From Syntrophorhabdaceae bacterium (GTDB taxonomy: Bacteria; Desulfobacterota; Syntrophorhabdia; Syntrophorhabdales; Syntrophorhabdaceae): a DNA stretch of 64,000 bases. Shown in pieces: positions 17,044-27,378 of the stretch. Both the position numbers and the translations under genes were made by a program. The notes beneath the pieces are model-generated. The model did not search any database and was not told the DNA's origin. It saw nothing but the letters and a program-made list of their open reading frames with translations. The stretch covers positions 928,001 through 992,000 of the forward strand of contig OY762209.1 of NCBI GenBank assembly GCA_963665295.1, in the 5' to 3' direction. Every line of letters begins with the position of its first letter. Position 1 is the stretch's first letter.

Positions 17044-18642
17044 TCACGACACTTTCTTGTTGATGTAGTACTGCTGGGCTATCGATATGACGTTGTTTAC
17101 GAGCCAGTAAAGCACGAGGCCCGATGGAAAGCCCCAGAAGATAAAAGTGAAGACTATGGGCATGGCGAGCATTATCTTTTCCTGCATGGGATCAACGCTC
17201 GTGGGAGTCATTTTCTGCTGGATCACCTGGGTTACGCCCATGACGAGGGGCAGAATCCTGATGGGCAGCGCAAAACCCGCGACGTGCATGGTGAAGAGGT
17301 CCTCCGGCGCCGAGAGGTCGTTAATCCAGAACATAAAAGGGGCGTGGCGAAGTTCGATCGCCGCGGACAGGGCCCGGTAAAGGGCAAAGAAGACGGGAAT
17401 CTGGATAACCATGGGCAGGCAGCCGCCCATGGGGTTTATGCCTTTCTTCTTGTAAAGCTCCATGATTTCCTGGTTCAGCTTCGCTTTGTCGTCCTTGTAC
17501 TTCTCTTTGAGCTTTGCAAGGATGGGCTGGGTCTTCTGCATCTCCTTCATCGATTTGTAGCTCTTTACGCTCAAGGGGTAGAAGATGATCTTGATGAGAA
17601 TGGTGAGAAGTATTATGTCGATCCCATAGTTATGGGTAACCTTGTTGCAGTAATTCATACCGATTACCATGGGCTTCGCGAGAATGTCGAACCAGCCGAA
17701 ATCAACTATCTTTTCCGCTCCCACGTTGAGGGTCTTCAACACGTCCGTCTTCTTGGGTCCGAAATACATCTTACCCGTTGCAACTCCGCCCGTCATGGCG
17801 AGGCGGATCACGGGAATGCCGTTCTCCCCTTTCAGCACCGTGGCAGGGGCCTGGAAATCCTGGCCCGGGATCCAAATGAAGGCGAAAAACCCGTCGTCGA
17901 GGCCGACGTACCTGAATGTCTTGTCGAGGTCCACGTTCTTGTCAAGCTTGTCCACCTGTTCGAACTTGCCGCCCGCGAGGTAGAAGGGCCCTTTGAAGGT
18001 GTATGAAGACTCCTGGGTGGGGGTGATGGCCGCGAAATCCATGAGGGGCTTATTGGCGTCGGCCCCCTCCACCTGAACCTTCATGTCGATGGTGTACGTT
18101 CCGGGGTTAAAGGTGTATATCTTCTTTACCAACCGTCCGTCCGTCAGCCTTCCGGTCATGACGAGGGTCTCGGGTTTGTCCGCCACCGTCACCTTATCCC
18201 TGTCGGATTTGAAAATGGTCTTGTCACTGTCCGTCCCGGTGCTTACGGCGGCAAACACCTTCGGTATATAAACGTAAGGTTTCACGTCCTCGATCATTTC
18301 CTTGTACGCGGGTCCCTTCACCGTTTGTTTGTACTTCTTGAGCTGGACGCTGCGAATCCCGCCTCCGAGGTCGGTGAGGGCTATCTTCAGCATGTCCGTT
18401 TCTACGATAATCTCTTTTGTGGCCTTCTGTTCGGCCTTCTGCCCGGAGACCGGGGTCGCCGCAGGGAGGTTGGCGGCGGATGGGGAGGCTGCGCTCTTTT
18501 CTTCACCCTTCTGGGTGGCCTGTTGAGCATTCTGCACGGGTGCGGTCGCCGGTTTGGGCGGCTCCTTGGGGCTGAAATACATCTGAAAGAAAAACAGTAA
18601 TACTATAGTCAAGCCAAGTGCTACTATGGTTCTCTTCTCCAT
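17044..18642 (-). CDS. yidC: Membrane protein insertase YidC
   Basis: DFGWF, NPMGGCLP and GLVLYW motifs. Confidence 0.97.
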   Translation of the reverse strand: MEKRTIVALGLTIVLLFFFQMYFSPKEPPKPATAPVQNAQQATQKGEEKSAASPSAANLPAATPVSGQKAEQKATKEIIVETDMLKIALTDLGGGIRSVQLKKYKQTVKGPAYKEMIEDVKPYVYIPKVFAAVSTGTDSDKTIFKSDRDKVTVADKPETLVMTGRLTDGRLVKKIYTFNPGTYTIDMKVQVEGADANKPLMDFAAITPTQESSYTFKGPFYLAGGKFEQVDKLDKNVDLDKTFRYVGLDDGFFAFIWIPGQDFQAPATVLKGENGIPVIRLAMTGGVATGKMYFGPKKTDVLKTLNVGAEKIVDFGWFDILAKPMVIGMNYCNKVTHNYGIDIILLTILIKIIFYPLSVKSYKSMKEMQKTQPILAKLKEKYKDDKAKLNQEIMELYKKKGINPMGGCLPMVIQIPVFFALYRALSAAIELRHAPFMFWINDLSAPEDLFTMHVAGFALPIRILPLVMGVTQVIQQKMTPTSVDPMQEKIMLAMPIVFTFIFWGFPSGLVLYWLVNNVISIAQQYYINKKVS

Positions 18643-18654
18643 TAATTACCTCCG

Positions 18655-18864
18655 TTATTTGACCGGGTCATATCCGCCCGGATGAAAGGGGTTGCATTTC
18701 AGAATTCGCCTGAGGCCGAGGATCGCGCCTTTCAGCACGCCTTTCTTTTCTATGGCCTCTTTCATGTAGCAGGAACAAGTGGGATAAAACCTGCATTGGG
18801 TGGGAACAAACGGGGAAACAAGGAGCCCGTATACATCGAGCATACCTAAAAGAAGATTCTTCAC
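18655..18864 (-). CDS. yidD: Membrane protein insertion efficiency factor YidD
   Basis: CRFYPTCS...RILKCNPFHPGGYDPV; GTG start overlaps the rnpA stop. Confidence 0.93.
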   Translation of the reverse strand: MKNLLLGMLDVYGLLVSPFVPTQCRFYPTCSCYMKEAIEKKGVLKGAILGLRRILKCNPFHPGGYDPVK

Positions 18865-19202
18865 TAGCGAATTGTCACGTTGAGTAATAGTCGCTGGAGT
18901 TCTTCGCTCGTATCTTTCCATTTTATGTTTGGCGGCATCTTTTTTACTTTTATAAGGCTGTCGGAGCAATCCGCAAAAAGCTCCTTGTGAAGCCTGAAAA
19001 ATTCCTTTATGAGCCTTTTCATTCTATTCCGGACGACCGCCACCCCTGTCTTCTTGCGTACACCTATAGCGATCCTCTTCTCCGCGCACCGGTTTTTGTG
19101 TCCCAAAAGGAGAAAGTGCGCAGTTTCACCACGTCTCACCCATTTTATACCCCGAAAATCCCCCTTTTTCAATAACTCATTTTTCTTGAGCGTGTAGGTC
19201 AT
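18864..19202 (-). CDS. rnpA: Ribonuclease P protein component
   Basis: AVVRNRMKRLIKEFFR motif; synteny. Confidence 0.92.
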   Translation of the reverse strand: MTYTLKKNELLKKGDFRGIKWVRRGETAHFLLLGHKNRCAEKRIAIGVRKKTGVAVVRNRMKRLIKEFFRLHKELFADCSDSLIKVKKMPPNIKWKDTSEELQRLLLNVTIR

Positions 19203-19294
19203 TTTGGGTGTGTATGGGTAAAATTTTTCTAATGGTGGATAAAATGCAAAAACCCGTGAGGCATCCGACTATCCACAGGGGAACTCCCCGCGCA

Positions 19295-19429
19295 TCACGC
19301 AGAGAGTGTCTTTCTTCCCTTTGCCCGCCTTCTCCTGATTACATCCCGTCCTGAGGCAGTCCTCATCCTTACAAGAAATCCATGTGTCCTTTTTCTGCTC
19401 TTGACGTGAGGTTGGTATGTTCTCTTCAT
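19295..19429 (-). CDS. rpmH: 50S ribosomal protein L34
   Basis: MKRTYQP...[11 protein letters not shown]...RRRAKGR, 44 aa. Confidence 0.97.
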   Translation of the reverse strand: MKRTYQPHVKSRKRTHGFLVRMRTASGRDVIRRRRAKGRKTLSA

Positions 19430-19626
19430 GTTTTCACCCCGATATATTTTGAAGTTATTACTTAAACATACTATGTCCCGCAATGTCAATCAATACAAAC
19501 ACCCGGACCAGGGCCAAATTCGCGTGGCCGCCCACGCGGACCGTTTGTCGGCATTATAATGTTCCGGGGAAGCAACGATCATGGCAAAAACACAGGCCGG
19601 TATCCACTATCCATACTTTCCGGCAC

Positions 19627-22575
19627 CTATCGCGCCTTCATACCTTCGAGAAAACCCTTTAACATCTTCGTATGGGGATGATCCAACCCGAGAGCGTTTT
19701 TGAATATTTCATAGGCCCTCGTCCATAGATCCCGGGCCTTGTCATAGTCGCCTATATCCCTGTACACATTGGCCAGATTCAACCGGATTGTTGCGACATT
19801 CGGGTGATCGGGACCGAAGTTTTTCAGGCCGGATTCCAGGGCCTGTTCCAGTAAATCCCGGGCTTTTTCGTAGTCGCCTAAATTCCCGTACACATTGGCC
19901 AGATTCGACTGCCTTGTTGCGACGTCCGGGTGATCGGGACCGAAGTTTTTCAGGACGGATTCGAGGGCCTGCTTTAGTAAATCCCGGGCTTTTTCGTAGT
20001 CGCCTAAATTCCCGTACACGATGGCCAGATTCGACCGGATTGTTGCGACATCCGGGTGATCGGGACCGAAGTTTTTCAGGACGGATTCGAGGGCCTGCTT
20101 TAGTAAATCCCGGGCTTTTTCGTAGTCGCCTAAATTCCCGTACACGATGGCCAGATTCGACCGGATTGTTGCGACATCCGGGTGATCGGGACCGAAGTTT
20201 TTCAGGACGGATTCGAGGGCCTGCTTTAGTAAATCCCGGGCCTTTTCGTAGTGGCCTAAATCCCTGTACACGATGGCCAGATTCGACCGGCTTGTTGCGA
20301 CTGTCGGGTGATCGGGGCCGAAGTTTTTCAGGTCGGATTCGAGGGCCTGTTCCAGTAAATCCCGGGCCTTTTCGTAGTCGCCTAAATCCCTGTACACATT
20401 GGCCAGATTCGACTGCCTTGTTGCGACTGTCGGGTGATCGGGGCCGAAGTTTTTCAGGTCGGATTCGAGGGCCTGCTTTAGTAAATCCCGGGCTTTTTCG
20501 TAGTCGCCTAAATTCCCGTACACATTGGCCAGATTCGACTGCCTTGTTGCGACTGTCGGGTGATCGGGGCCGAAGTTTTTCAGGTCGGATTCGAGGGCCT
20601 GTTCCAGTAAATCCCGGGCCTTTTCGTAGTCGCCTAAATCCCTGTACACATTGGCCAGATTCGACCGGCTTATTGCGACTGTCGGGTGATCGGGGCCGAA
20701 GTTTTTCAGGACGGATTCGAGGGCCTGCTTTAGTAAATCCCGGGCTTTTTCGTAGTCGCCTAAGTCCTTGTACACATTGGCCAGATTTAACTGCCCTATT
20801 GCGACATTCGGCTGATCGGGGCCGAAGTTTTTCAGCTCGGATTCGAGGGCCTGTTCGAGTAAATCCCTGGCTTTTTCGTAGTCGCCCAACTCTGAGCATC
20901 TTAGTCCCAGATTATGCCTCAATACCGACATCCTGGGAGAGTCATCGGCGGGGAACAGTCTCGCAATCGCATCTCCGTAGGGGATGAATGGAAATTTGTC
21001 TATCGGGTTTTCCTTTGCCTGGTCAAGGTCAAGCAACTCCGCTACCGCCGGCAGGAGCAGCTCGATATCGCTCAGCGCCACGTTCAATTGCGGCTTTAAC
21101 GCTTCCGCCAGAACGGCGTGCATCTTGTACGAGTCTCTTCCTTCATTCTTGAGAAGGAACCCTTTTTCGTAAAGACTCTCCAGGGTGGAGGGGAAGTCCT
21201 CCTCCCAATCGAGCTCCCCTGTACTCAAAAGGCGGGACAGAAGACCGTATTCGACCCAGGCGTTGGGGAGGCACACGAACTGCTTCAGGAGCCATATCCG
21301 GCGGTCCCCCAGGTTGCTTGTCCTGAATATGTCGGTCAGGTAGGACTGTATTCTTTCGATCTTCCCGTGTTTGGAGTGGAAGGTGGTCACATGTGCCCTT
21401 GCATCGGTCCCGATGGCCTTCAGGACCTTGTCGAAATCCCAGCGGTTCTGCTTCGCCGATTTCGCGAGCACCTCTATGGTCAGGGTGTGGAGCTCCACAT
21501 GGTTCACGATGCGCCTTACTTCATCGGGGATGAATGCCCCGTTGTGTCTTGCGAACAAGGCCATGGCATCGTCTTCACCCAGAAAATCGATGTCCATGAT
21601 ATGGAAAGGGGCGACCCGTTCGCGGGACGTGACCAGCACGTGCCAGTTCGGGGCCTTCGGAAGCCTGTCGTAATATTTCCCTATCTCCTCCGACGCGTTG
21701 TCCATAACGAGGAGGTTCTTCTTTTCCCCTTTCAGATTGCGGAGCACGTTGAGGCAAGCCTCGACCTGGTTTCCCGGCTCCACGTCCCCGACGTTCAGAT
21801 TTGCATGGAGGGTATATTCCGCCATGACGGCCTCCTCCAGGGAGCCCTCCATGGTGAGCCACCCGATATGGTCGTAATCGTCATAGTACCTGTCGATATA
21901 GGCCCCTGCGAGGGTGGTCTTGCCGATGCCTCCCATACCGTTGATGAGAGCGGTTTCGCTTTTCCGGAGCAAGGCTTCGCGAAGGGCTTCGAGGTCTTTA
22001 TCACGGCCTATGATCTCCCGGGCGGGGATTCTGTTGAGCGCCGTGAGTTCCTTCGGGGCGATTGCGGAGCGGGGAAGCTCCATCCCTCTCTTTATTTCTT
22101 CCGTGTTTTCGAGCAGCCTGTCCAGCTTGCCGTCCATGTCCGCAAATCTCTCCGATATACGGAATATTTCCTCCTGATACCCCTCCTGAAGGGCAAGCTT
22201 CCTCAGTTCATCGTCTGCCTTCAGGTTCTCCTCGAAGGCCGTGAGGAAGGCCCGTATCGCCTCCGTGCCGGGGGCGGCAATGTTCACGTGCGCCCGCAGG
22301 GCGCTTTCTATTCTCCCCCTGTCGGGCATATCCCCGTCATTCCCGAAGAGTCTGTATTTCAACAGCTCGTCCACAAAGACCCGGGACTCGTAAAAGACGA
22401 CCCCTTCAACGGGTTTCGGGAGTGTCCTGCTGAAATCATCAATGGTTTTGTCTATTATCCCTGCGAGCCTCCTTTCGAAAGTTTCCCGGTTCTTGTCGGG
22501 AAACCAGTCCAGGCCCTTCTTGATGGAATACCCCGCGACTTGCCGGGCGATAAATGTTCCGATTGCATCCAGCAT
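19627..22575 (-). CDS. STAND NB-ARC ATPase with an N-terminal helical domain and ten 42-aa TPRs (NLR-like)
   Basis: Walker A GMGGIGKT, Walker B LLVMDNA, sensor VTSR, MHD-like KMHAVL; kinesin-light-chain-type TPRs. Confidence 0.9.
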   Translation of the reverse strand: MLDAIGTFIARQVAGYSIKKGLDWFPDKNRETFERRLAGIIDKTIDDFSRTLPKPVEGVVFYESRVFVDELLKYRLFGNDGDMPDRGRIESALRAHVNIAAPGTEAIRAFLTAFEENLKADDELRKLALQEGYQEEIFRISERFADMDGKLDRLLENTEEIKRGMELPRSAIAPKELTALNRIPAREIIGRDKDLEALREALLRKSETALINGMGGIGKTTLAGAYIDRYYDDYDHIGWLTMEGSLEEAVMAEYTLHANLNVGDVEPGNQVEACLNVLRNLKGEKKNLLVMDNASEEIGKYYDRLPKAPNWHVLVTSRERVAPFHIMDIDFLGEDDAMALFARHNGAFIPDEVRRIVNHVELHTLTIEVLAKSAKQNRWDFDKVLKAIGTDARAHVTTFHSKHGKIERIQSYLTDIFRTSNLGDRRIWLLKQFVCLPNAWVEYGLLSRLLSTGELDWEEDFPSTLESLYEKGFLLKNEGRDSYKMHAVLAEALKPQLNVALSDIELLLPAVAELLDLDQAKENPIDKFPFIPYGDAIARLFPADDSPRMSVLRHNLGLRCSELGDYEKARDLLEQALESELKNFGPDQPNVAIGQLNLANVYKDLGDYEKARDLLKQALESVLKNFGPDHPTVAISRSNLANVYRDLGDYEKARDLLEQALESDLKNFGPDHPTVATRQSNLANVYGNLGDYEKARDLLKQALESDLKNFGPDHPTVATRQSNLANVYRDLGDYEKARDLLEQALESDLKNFGPDHPTVATSRSNLAIVYRDLGHYEKARDLLKQALESVLKNFGPDHPDVATIRSNLAIVYGNLGDYEKARDLLKQALESVLKNFGPDHPDVATIRSNLAIVYGNLGDYEKARDLLKQALESVLKNFGPDHPDVATRQSNLANVYGNLGDYEKARDLLEQALESGLKNFGPDHPNVATIRLNLANVYRDIGDYDKARDLWTRAYEIFKNALGLDHPHTKMLKGFLEGMKAR
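19670..20931 (-). repeat. 126-bp coding tandem repeat (10 units)
   Basis: Near-identical nucleotide units; TCGGATTCGAGGGCCTG-type blocks recur every 126 bp. Confidence 0.95.
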
Positions 22576-22809
22576 GAGCGCACATCCCCCTTCATGTGAT
22601 CCCGTCTCACATCCGCGTGAGGAGGCACAATCCGCATTTTCATGGGAAGACAGCTGATTGGTCCTGCAACTACTCTACATTAGCACGTTCCCCCCGATCA
22701 ACAAAATTCCGGGGGAGGGCTTCACCTTTATCCGCGCTGCGGCGGCGTTGGAGGTAACGCCGGCCCCATCATGCGCCCCTTCCACGGCGACTCCCCCAGC
22801 CGTCCGTCC

Positions 22810-24201
22810 TCACTTGACCGGTTGCCTTACCAGGTAGATGGACCGCGCCTTCTGGGCGAGGTAGTGGATCGAGTCCGGTGAGTCGAAAACAATCCTCCCT
22901 TCCCTGAACATGCTGTCATATTGGGGCCCTTCGTTTCCGTCTACCACCACCGACCATTTATCACCGTTTTTCGCGCCATAGGCCAGATGGGCGCTGTCAG
23001 GGCTGAACACGGGCGATGTCACCTGGTCGTACCGCGAGTCTTCCCTTCCGTCCATGACCACGAATTGCTTGGCCCCCGATTTGGCGGTATAGGCCATGTG
23101 GGCGCTATCGGGGCTGAAGACGATGGACTCGTTCCCTATTCCGTCATATCCTCCTTCTTCCTTTCCGTCCACAACCACAAAGGGTCTCGTTCGAAAGCCC
23201 ACCTGCGCGGCATAGGCGTTGCGTGTGCTGTTGGGGCTGAAGATAAGACTGTTTTTCGCGATATGGTCGTATTGTTTTCCTTCCTTTCCGTCCATGACCA
23301 CGAACTGCTTGGCCCCCGATTTGGCGGTATAGGCCATGTGGGCACTATCGGGGCTGAAGACAAGGATACCCACGCCTTCATATGGCTTCTCTTCCTTTCC
23401 GTCAAGGACCACACTATATCGGACGCCTGTTTTTGCCACATACGCCAGGCGCTTGCTGTCGGGGCTGAACACAAGCCCGCCCTCCGCTACGCCATCATAT
23501 GGCTTCTCTTCCTTTCCGTTCACCACGACAAACTGTTTCTTGCCCGATTTGGCCATATAGGCCACCCGTGTGCTGTCGGGGCTGAAAGCGATCCTGCGGA
23601 TTTCGTCATACCGCTTCCCTTGCTTCCCGTCAATCACTGCAATCTGCCCCTTGGCCGCCTTGGCCGCGTAGGCCACGCGTCTGCTGTCGGGGCTGAAGAC
23701 GAGGGGCTCATTCGTTATCTCCAAATAGCTCTTTCCCTCTTTTCCGTCTATTACCACGCACCATTTGGCGTCCTTTTTCGCCCCGTATGCCACCCGTTTG
23801 CTGTCGGGGCTAAAGACGGGAGCGGTTATGGCGTCGTAGCCCTTATCCTCTTTTCCGTCTATGACCACGCACCATTTGGCGCCCTTTTTCGCCCCGTATG
23901 CCACCCTCCTGCTGTCGGGACTGAAAACGATCATGTTTCTCCACACACCGCCGTAACGCTTCCCTCCCGCTCCATCGATCTCCACGACAAACTGATCATT
24001 CTCCCTTTTGGCGACACACGCAACACGGGCGCTGTCAGGGCTGACCGTAAGGCTCGCGAGGACAAGGGAAGGATCCATTTCGGCGATAAATTTTTCGGGA
24101 TCGGGGTCCATGGCGGCCTTCTCCGCCCCATGGGCCGGTACACAGCAAAAGGCAAAGAAAAGGGCCAAAGAGATGGTCACCAGATTTCTTCCGTGCATCA
24201 C
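22810..24201 (-). CDS. Secreted WD40-like/PD40 repeat beta-propeller protein
   Basis: Signal peptide; about 10 repeats of VFSPDSxxxAYxAKxGxKxxVVxDGKE. Confidence 0.85.
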   Translation of the reverse strand: MMHGRNLVTISLALFFAFCCVPAHGAEKAAMDPDPEKFIAEMDPSLVLASLTVSPDSARVACVAKRENDQFVVEIDGAGGKRYGGVWRNMIVFSPDSRRVAYGAKKGAKWCVVIDGKEDKGYDAITAPVFSPDSKRVAYGAKKDAKWCVVIDGKEGKSYLEITNEPLVFSPDSRRVAYAAKAAKGQIAVIDGKQGKRYDEIRRIAFSPDSTRVAYMAKSGKKQFVVVNGKEEKPYDGVAEGGLVFSPDSKRLAYVAKTGVRYSVVLDGKEEKPYEGVGILVFSPDSAHMAYTAKSGAKQFVVMDGKEGKQYDHIAKNSLIFSPNSTRNAYAAQVGFRTRPFVVVDGKEEGGYDGIGNESIVFSPDSAHMAYTAKSGAKQFVVMDGREDSRYDQVTSPVFSPDSAHLAYGAKNGDKWSVVVDGNEGPQYDSMFREGRIVFDSPDSIHYLAQKARSIYLVRQPVK

Positions 24202-24425
24202 GGCATACCTCCTGTTTTTTTCAATTCATTCCGGCATTCAAGCCATCCCGGGCACGATTGCGCCGCCTCCGGGACATGGTTTAAGGTAAGTCTTCGATCA
24301 GAAGTTGGCAAGGACTGCATGGTTTTGAAATGAGGGTCTTCCGGGCACGTCAATGGCTGCGTAGCCCTTGCCCTTTTCCGGAAGTCAACCGACGATCCTC
24401 TTATGTTTCCGTAATTCCTTGTCCT

Positions 24426-25070
24426 CTATCGGGACCCGGCGCCGCAACGGGCCGCCATCTCTTCACACCCCCCGAGGTTCTTCAGGATCGAGGACCGGTA
24501 CGCATCCTGTGGCCAGCAGCAGAAGACTTTAAGGCCTTCCTCTTCCAGGATGGGGCCGACCCATTCAAGGCTCTTATCGGTGCTTTGATAGAGTTGGTCG
24601 CAGTGAAGACTGTTGTCCTTCAGTCCCGTCAACTTGACCAGGCCCTCATAGGAAACACCGTACACGACTTTCCTGATGCCCGAGTACCACATCCCCGCGC
24701 AGCAGAGCATGCAGGGTGCGGTGCTGGCATACATTGTGCTCTCTCCGAGCACCTTGGGTGAGAACTCCCGCCTCGCCCTGACCATGAGGTTCATTTCCGC
24801 GTGACGGCTGCTGTCCTTGTCGGTGTAGACCGTATTCTCGGTGGTGAGGATGACTTTGCCTTGATGGACCAGAAGGGCGCCGAAGGTGTGGTTGCCGTTC
24901 TTTCCGGAACTGATGGCCAGGTCAAAAGCCTGTCGCATGAATCGTTCATCATCTGCGGCCATGGCCGCCTTTTGTCCGGGTGAAGCGGTTTCATCGCCGG
25001 CCATGGCCGGGAAAACGGACAGAAAGAGAAGGAGGGTTGATAAAATGGTGACGAGTACGCGCACTTTCAT
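24426..25070 (-). CDS. CDA-fold nucleoside/guanine deaminase with a signal peptide
   Basis: FGALLV, HAE and PCMLC zinc motifs; N-terminal Sec-like signal ending PAMA. Confidence 0.85.
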   Translation of the reverse strand: MKVRVLVTILSTLLLFLSVFPAMAGDETASPGQKAAMAADDERFMRQAFDLAISSGKNGNHTFGALLVHQGKVILTTENTVYTDKDSSRHAEMNLMVRARREFSPKVLGESTMYASTAPCMLCCAGMWYSGIRKVVYGVSYEGLVKLTGLKDNSLHCDQLYQSTDKSLEWVGPILEEEGLKVFCCWPQDAYRSSILKNLGGCEEMAARCGAGSR

Positions 25071-25309
25071 GTCAAGCGCTCCTTTTCGGATGTATTTTAC
25101 CTTTGCCCACTATCGGCCGGGAGCGCCATCCTCCGCTCGGCCCTTCAGCGTTTCCATCAAGCCCGTGAGCCTTCCCGAGCCTCTTTCCCCATCCAACCAT
25201 GAATATCCTATCATATGGAGGCGAGAAACAGCCAAACTCTTTCGGACAATTTCCGGCGCCCATTGCGTGGCTCACCCCCCTTCATGGCGCGCCTCAGGTT
25301 TCCGGTCCC

Positions 25310-26491
25310 TCATGACGTCTTCCTCCGGAAGAGTGTCCCCACGAGGCCTGCCGCAACGAGACTTATGGAGACGATAAAGAAGAACAGCGGCCTATAGCCT
25401 TCATGGGATAGTATCATTCCTCCTGCAAAGGGACCCGCAAAGAAACCCGCCTGCATCATGAGTAAAGAGAGATTCAGATTCATGCTCCTGAGGTGAGGTT
25501 CCGACACATCGAACATGAGGGCGATGACCACGGGCATGGCAATCCCCCACCCGAGTCCCGCGAACAGGGCCAGTACATAAAACGTCCCGGGGCGGCAGAA
25601 GGCGCCGAGGGCCCAATACACGGCGGCAAGTCCCGCCAGGGAGACGCCGGTGAGGACTGCCTTATTGAAGCGATCAAAGAAGGCCGACCCCGCGATCCTC
25701 ACGCCTATCATGGCCATGGTGGCGATGGTGAAAAAGAAGCCGGGGTTTTCTATACCTTTTCCAAGGGCATACCCCTTGAGAAAGAAGAAGACGATCGTGT
25801 AAGAGGTATAGAGCAGGAACTGCACCATAAGGAGGGTTGCCGTCTTCCGGTCTCTGAGATCGGCGAGCAGGTCCCTCATGTGGGTGGCGCGGACGCCTGC
25901 AGGGCCTGCCGTCCCTTCCCGCAACGCGGGCTTCAGGGCGAGGACCGCAAGGGGGGCAAGGAACATGACGAGACCCCCGAGGACCAGGATATGCCTGAAT
26001 TCCGCCGGTTTTTCACCTACGAACCCTACGAGGGGAGGGATTATGGAATAAGGGAGAAGCCGGATCACGGATATAAGACCGAAGGCCCGGCCGCTTTTCT
26101 CCCGGGGTATGTATATGGTTAACATTGCCATGATGGCAGAGACGAGGCAGACAAAGGCAGCGCCGTGGATTATACGCACTATTGCGAGAGTTACCACATG
26201 GAAGGCGAAACTGTAGGCGAACAAGGCAAGGGCCATTCCGAAGAGGGAGACCACGATCCACCTGCGGCCGTTCCCGCCGTTGAGGCGCACCGCGAGCACG
26301 GGCTGAAGAATGAAACTTGCGAGGGAGTCGGCCCCTATGAGGAACCCGAACCACCAGGAAGGGATGGGCAGGGTCTGCAGGTAGTGCTGGAACTGAAAGA
26401 AAAGGGCCATGACCGCGGCGGCGAGAAAGAAGACGAGGTTGAGGGCAACAAACTCCCTGGTAAAAAGCCTGTCGGGTTGCGGTCTTGTCAT
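25310..26491 (-). CDS. MFS transporter
   Basis: About 12 TM segments. Start moved to MTRPQPDRLFTREF (ATGA overlap with the upstream stop). Confidence 0.88.
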   Translation of the reverse strand: MTRPQPDRLFTREFVALNLVFFLAAAVMALFFQFQHYLQTLPIPSWWFGFLIGADSLASFILQPVLAVRLNGGNGRRWIVVSLFGMALALFAYSFAFHVVTLAIVRIIHGAAFVCLVSAIMAMLTIYIPREKSGRAFGLISVIRLLPYSIIPPLVGFVGEKPAEFRHILVLGGLVMFLAPLAVLALKPALREGTAGPAGVRATHMRDLLADLRDRKTATLLMVQFLLYTSYTIVFFFLKGYALGKGIENPGFFFTIATMAMIGVRIAGSAFFDRFNKAVLTGVSLAGLAAVYWALGAFCRPGTFYVLALFAGLGWGIAMPVVIALMFDVSEPHLRSMNLNLSLLMMQAGFFAGPFAGGMILSHEGYRPLFFFIVSISLVAAGLVGTLFRRKTS

Positions 26492-27378
26492 GGTGAGGCG
26501 GGACCTTCCTCCCTTCCCCGGCCTTTCCCGTCCTTTTCGCCCGGTCCGTACTCCGCGAGGCGCACCACGAGGTTTCCCGCCAACGCCCGCCTGTAGGACG
26601 CCCGCGCCCTTACGTCGTCGATGGGGGACACAGTCTTTTCGATGATGGGCGCGATCCTTTGAAGGCTCTCCCGGGTAAGGGGACAACCGACGAGGGCTTC
26701 CCCGGCCTCCCGCGAGGTCACCACGGTGGGGCCCACACTTCCCCAGGCAAAATCCGCCTTTTCCACAATCCCCGCATCCGTGGTCCTGACGAGGGCCGCA
26801 AAGCTCGCGATGGCGATAGCCAGCGCTTTTCTCTGTCCTACCTTCTCGAAGTGGCGGATGGCGGGGGAGTCGTCCTTTTTGATCCACACACCGTAGAGCA
26901 ACTCATTGTCCGCAAGGGCGGTCTTCCCCGGTCCCAGGATAAATTCGTGAATAGGCATCCGGCGGGATTCATTCCTTTTCCTCAGCTCCACTTCCGCGCC
27001 CAGGACGTAAAGGGGCGGCAGCGTGTCGCCCGCCGGTGAAGCGGTGCAGATGTTGCCCCCTATGGTGCCCATGTTCCTTACCGGGGGCGAGCCGAGCACG
27101 GGCAGGGCCTTCGCAAGGAGCGGGAGGTGGGCCTGAACGAGGGGGTGGGACAGAAGGCGTGTGTGGGTCGCCCGGGCCCCGATAAAGATGGCCCCCTCCC
27201 TTTCCTCGATCGATTGGAGCTCTGTAACGGCCTCGAGCCCGATGAGGGTCCGCGGATATCGGTCCGAGGCGCGCAGCTTTACGAAAAGGTCGGTGCCGCC
27301 GGCAAAGAAAAGGGCCGGGCCCCATTCCTCCTGCATGTCCCACAGTTCGCTCAAGGACCCGGGCAGATACATGTTCAT
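26488..27378 (-). CDS. Xanthine dehydrogenase family FAD-binding subunit
   Basis: AGGTDL, RNMGTIGGN, ASPAGD, PIDDVRA; ATGA overlap. Confidence 0.92.
   Translation of the reverse strand: MNMYLPGSLSELWDMQEEWGPALFFAGGTDLFVKLRASDRYPRTLIGLEAVTELQSIEEREGAIFIGARATHTRLLSHPLVQAHLPLLAKALPVLGSPPVRNMGTIGGNICTASPAGDTLPPLYVLGAEVELRKRNESRRMPIHEFILGPGKTALADNELLYGVWIKKDDSPAIRHFEKVGQRKALAIAIASFAALVRTTDAGIVEKADFAWGSVGPTVVTSREAGEALVGCPLTRESLQRIAPIIEKTVSPIDDVRARASYRRALAGNLVVRLAEYGPGEKDGKGRGREEGPASP

Noticed and set aside
15006..18006. 456-aa and 575-aa plus-strand ORFs (and similar long antisense ORFs at 21118, 22921, 46835, 60681)
   Set aside because: Shadows of well-supported genes caused by GC-rich codon bias.
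19670..20987. 126-bp repeats as a CRISPR array or DGR, and the 385-aa and 399-aa alternate-frame ORFs
   Set aside because: The units are contiguous in-frame TPR codons with no unique spacers, cas genes or reverse transcriptase. The alternate frames are open only because one stop-free unit is repeated.
25310..26887. ORF-track long N-termini for the MFS, MoeA-PBP, MogA, HD-GYP, YidD and peptidase genes
   Set aside because: The extensions overlap upstream genes. Downstream starts with an RBS or 4-bp stop/start overlap fit better.
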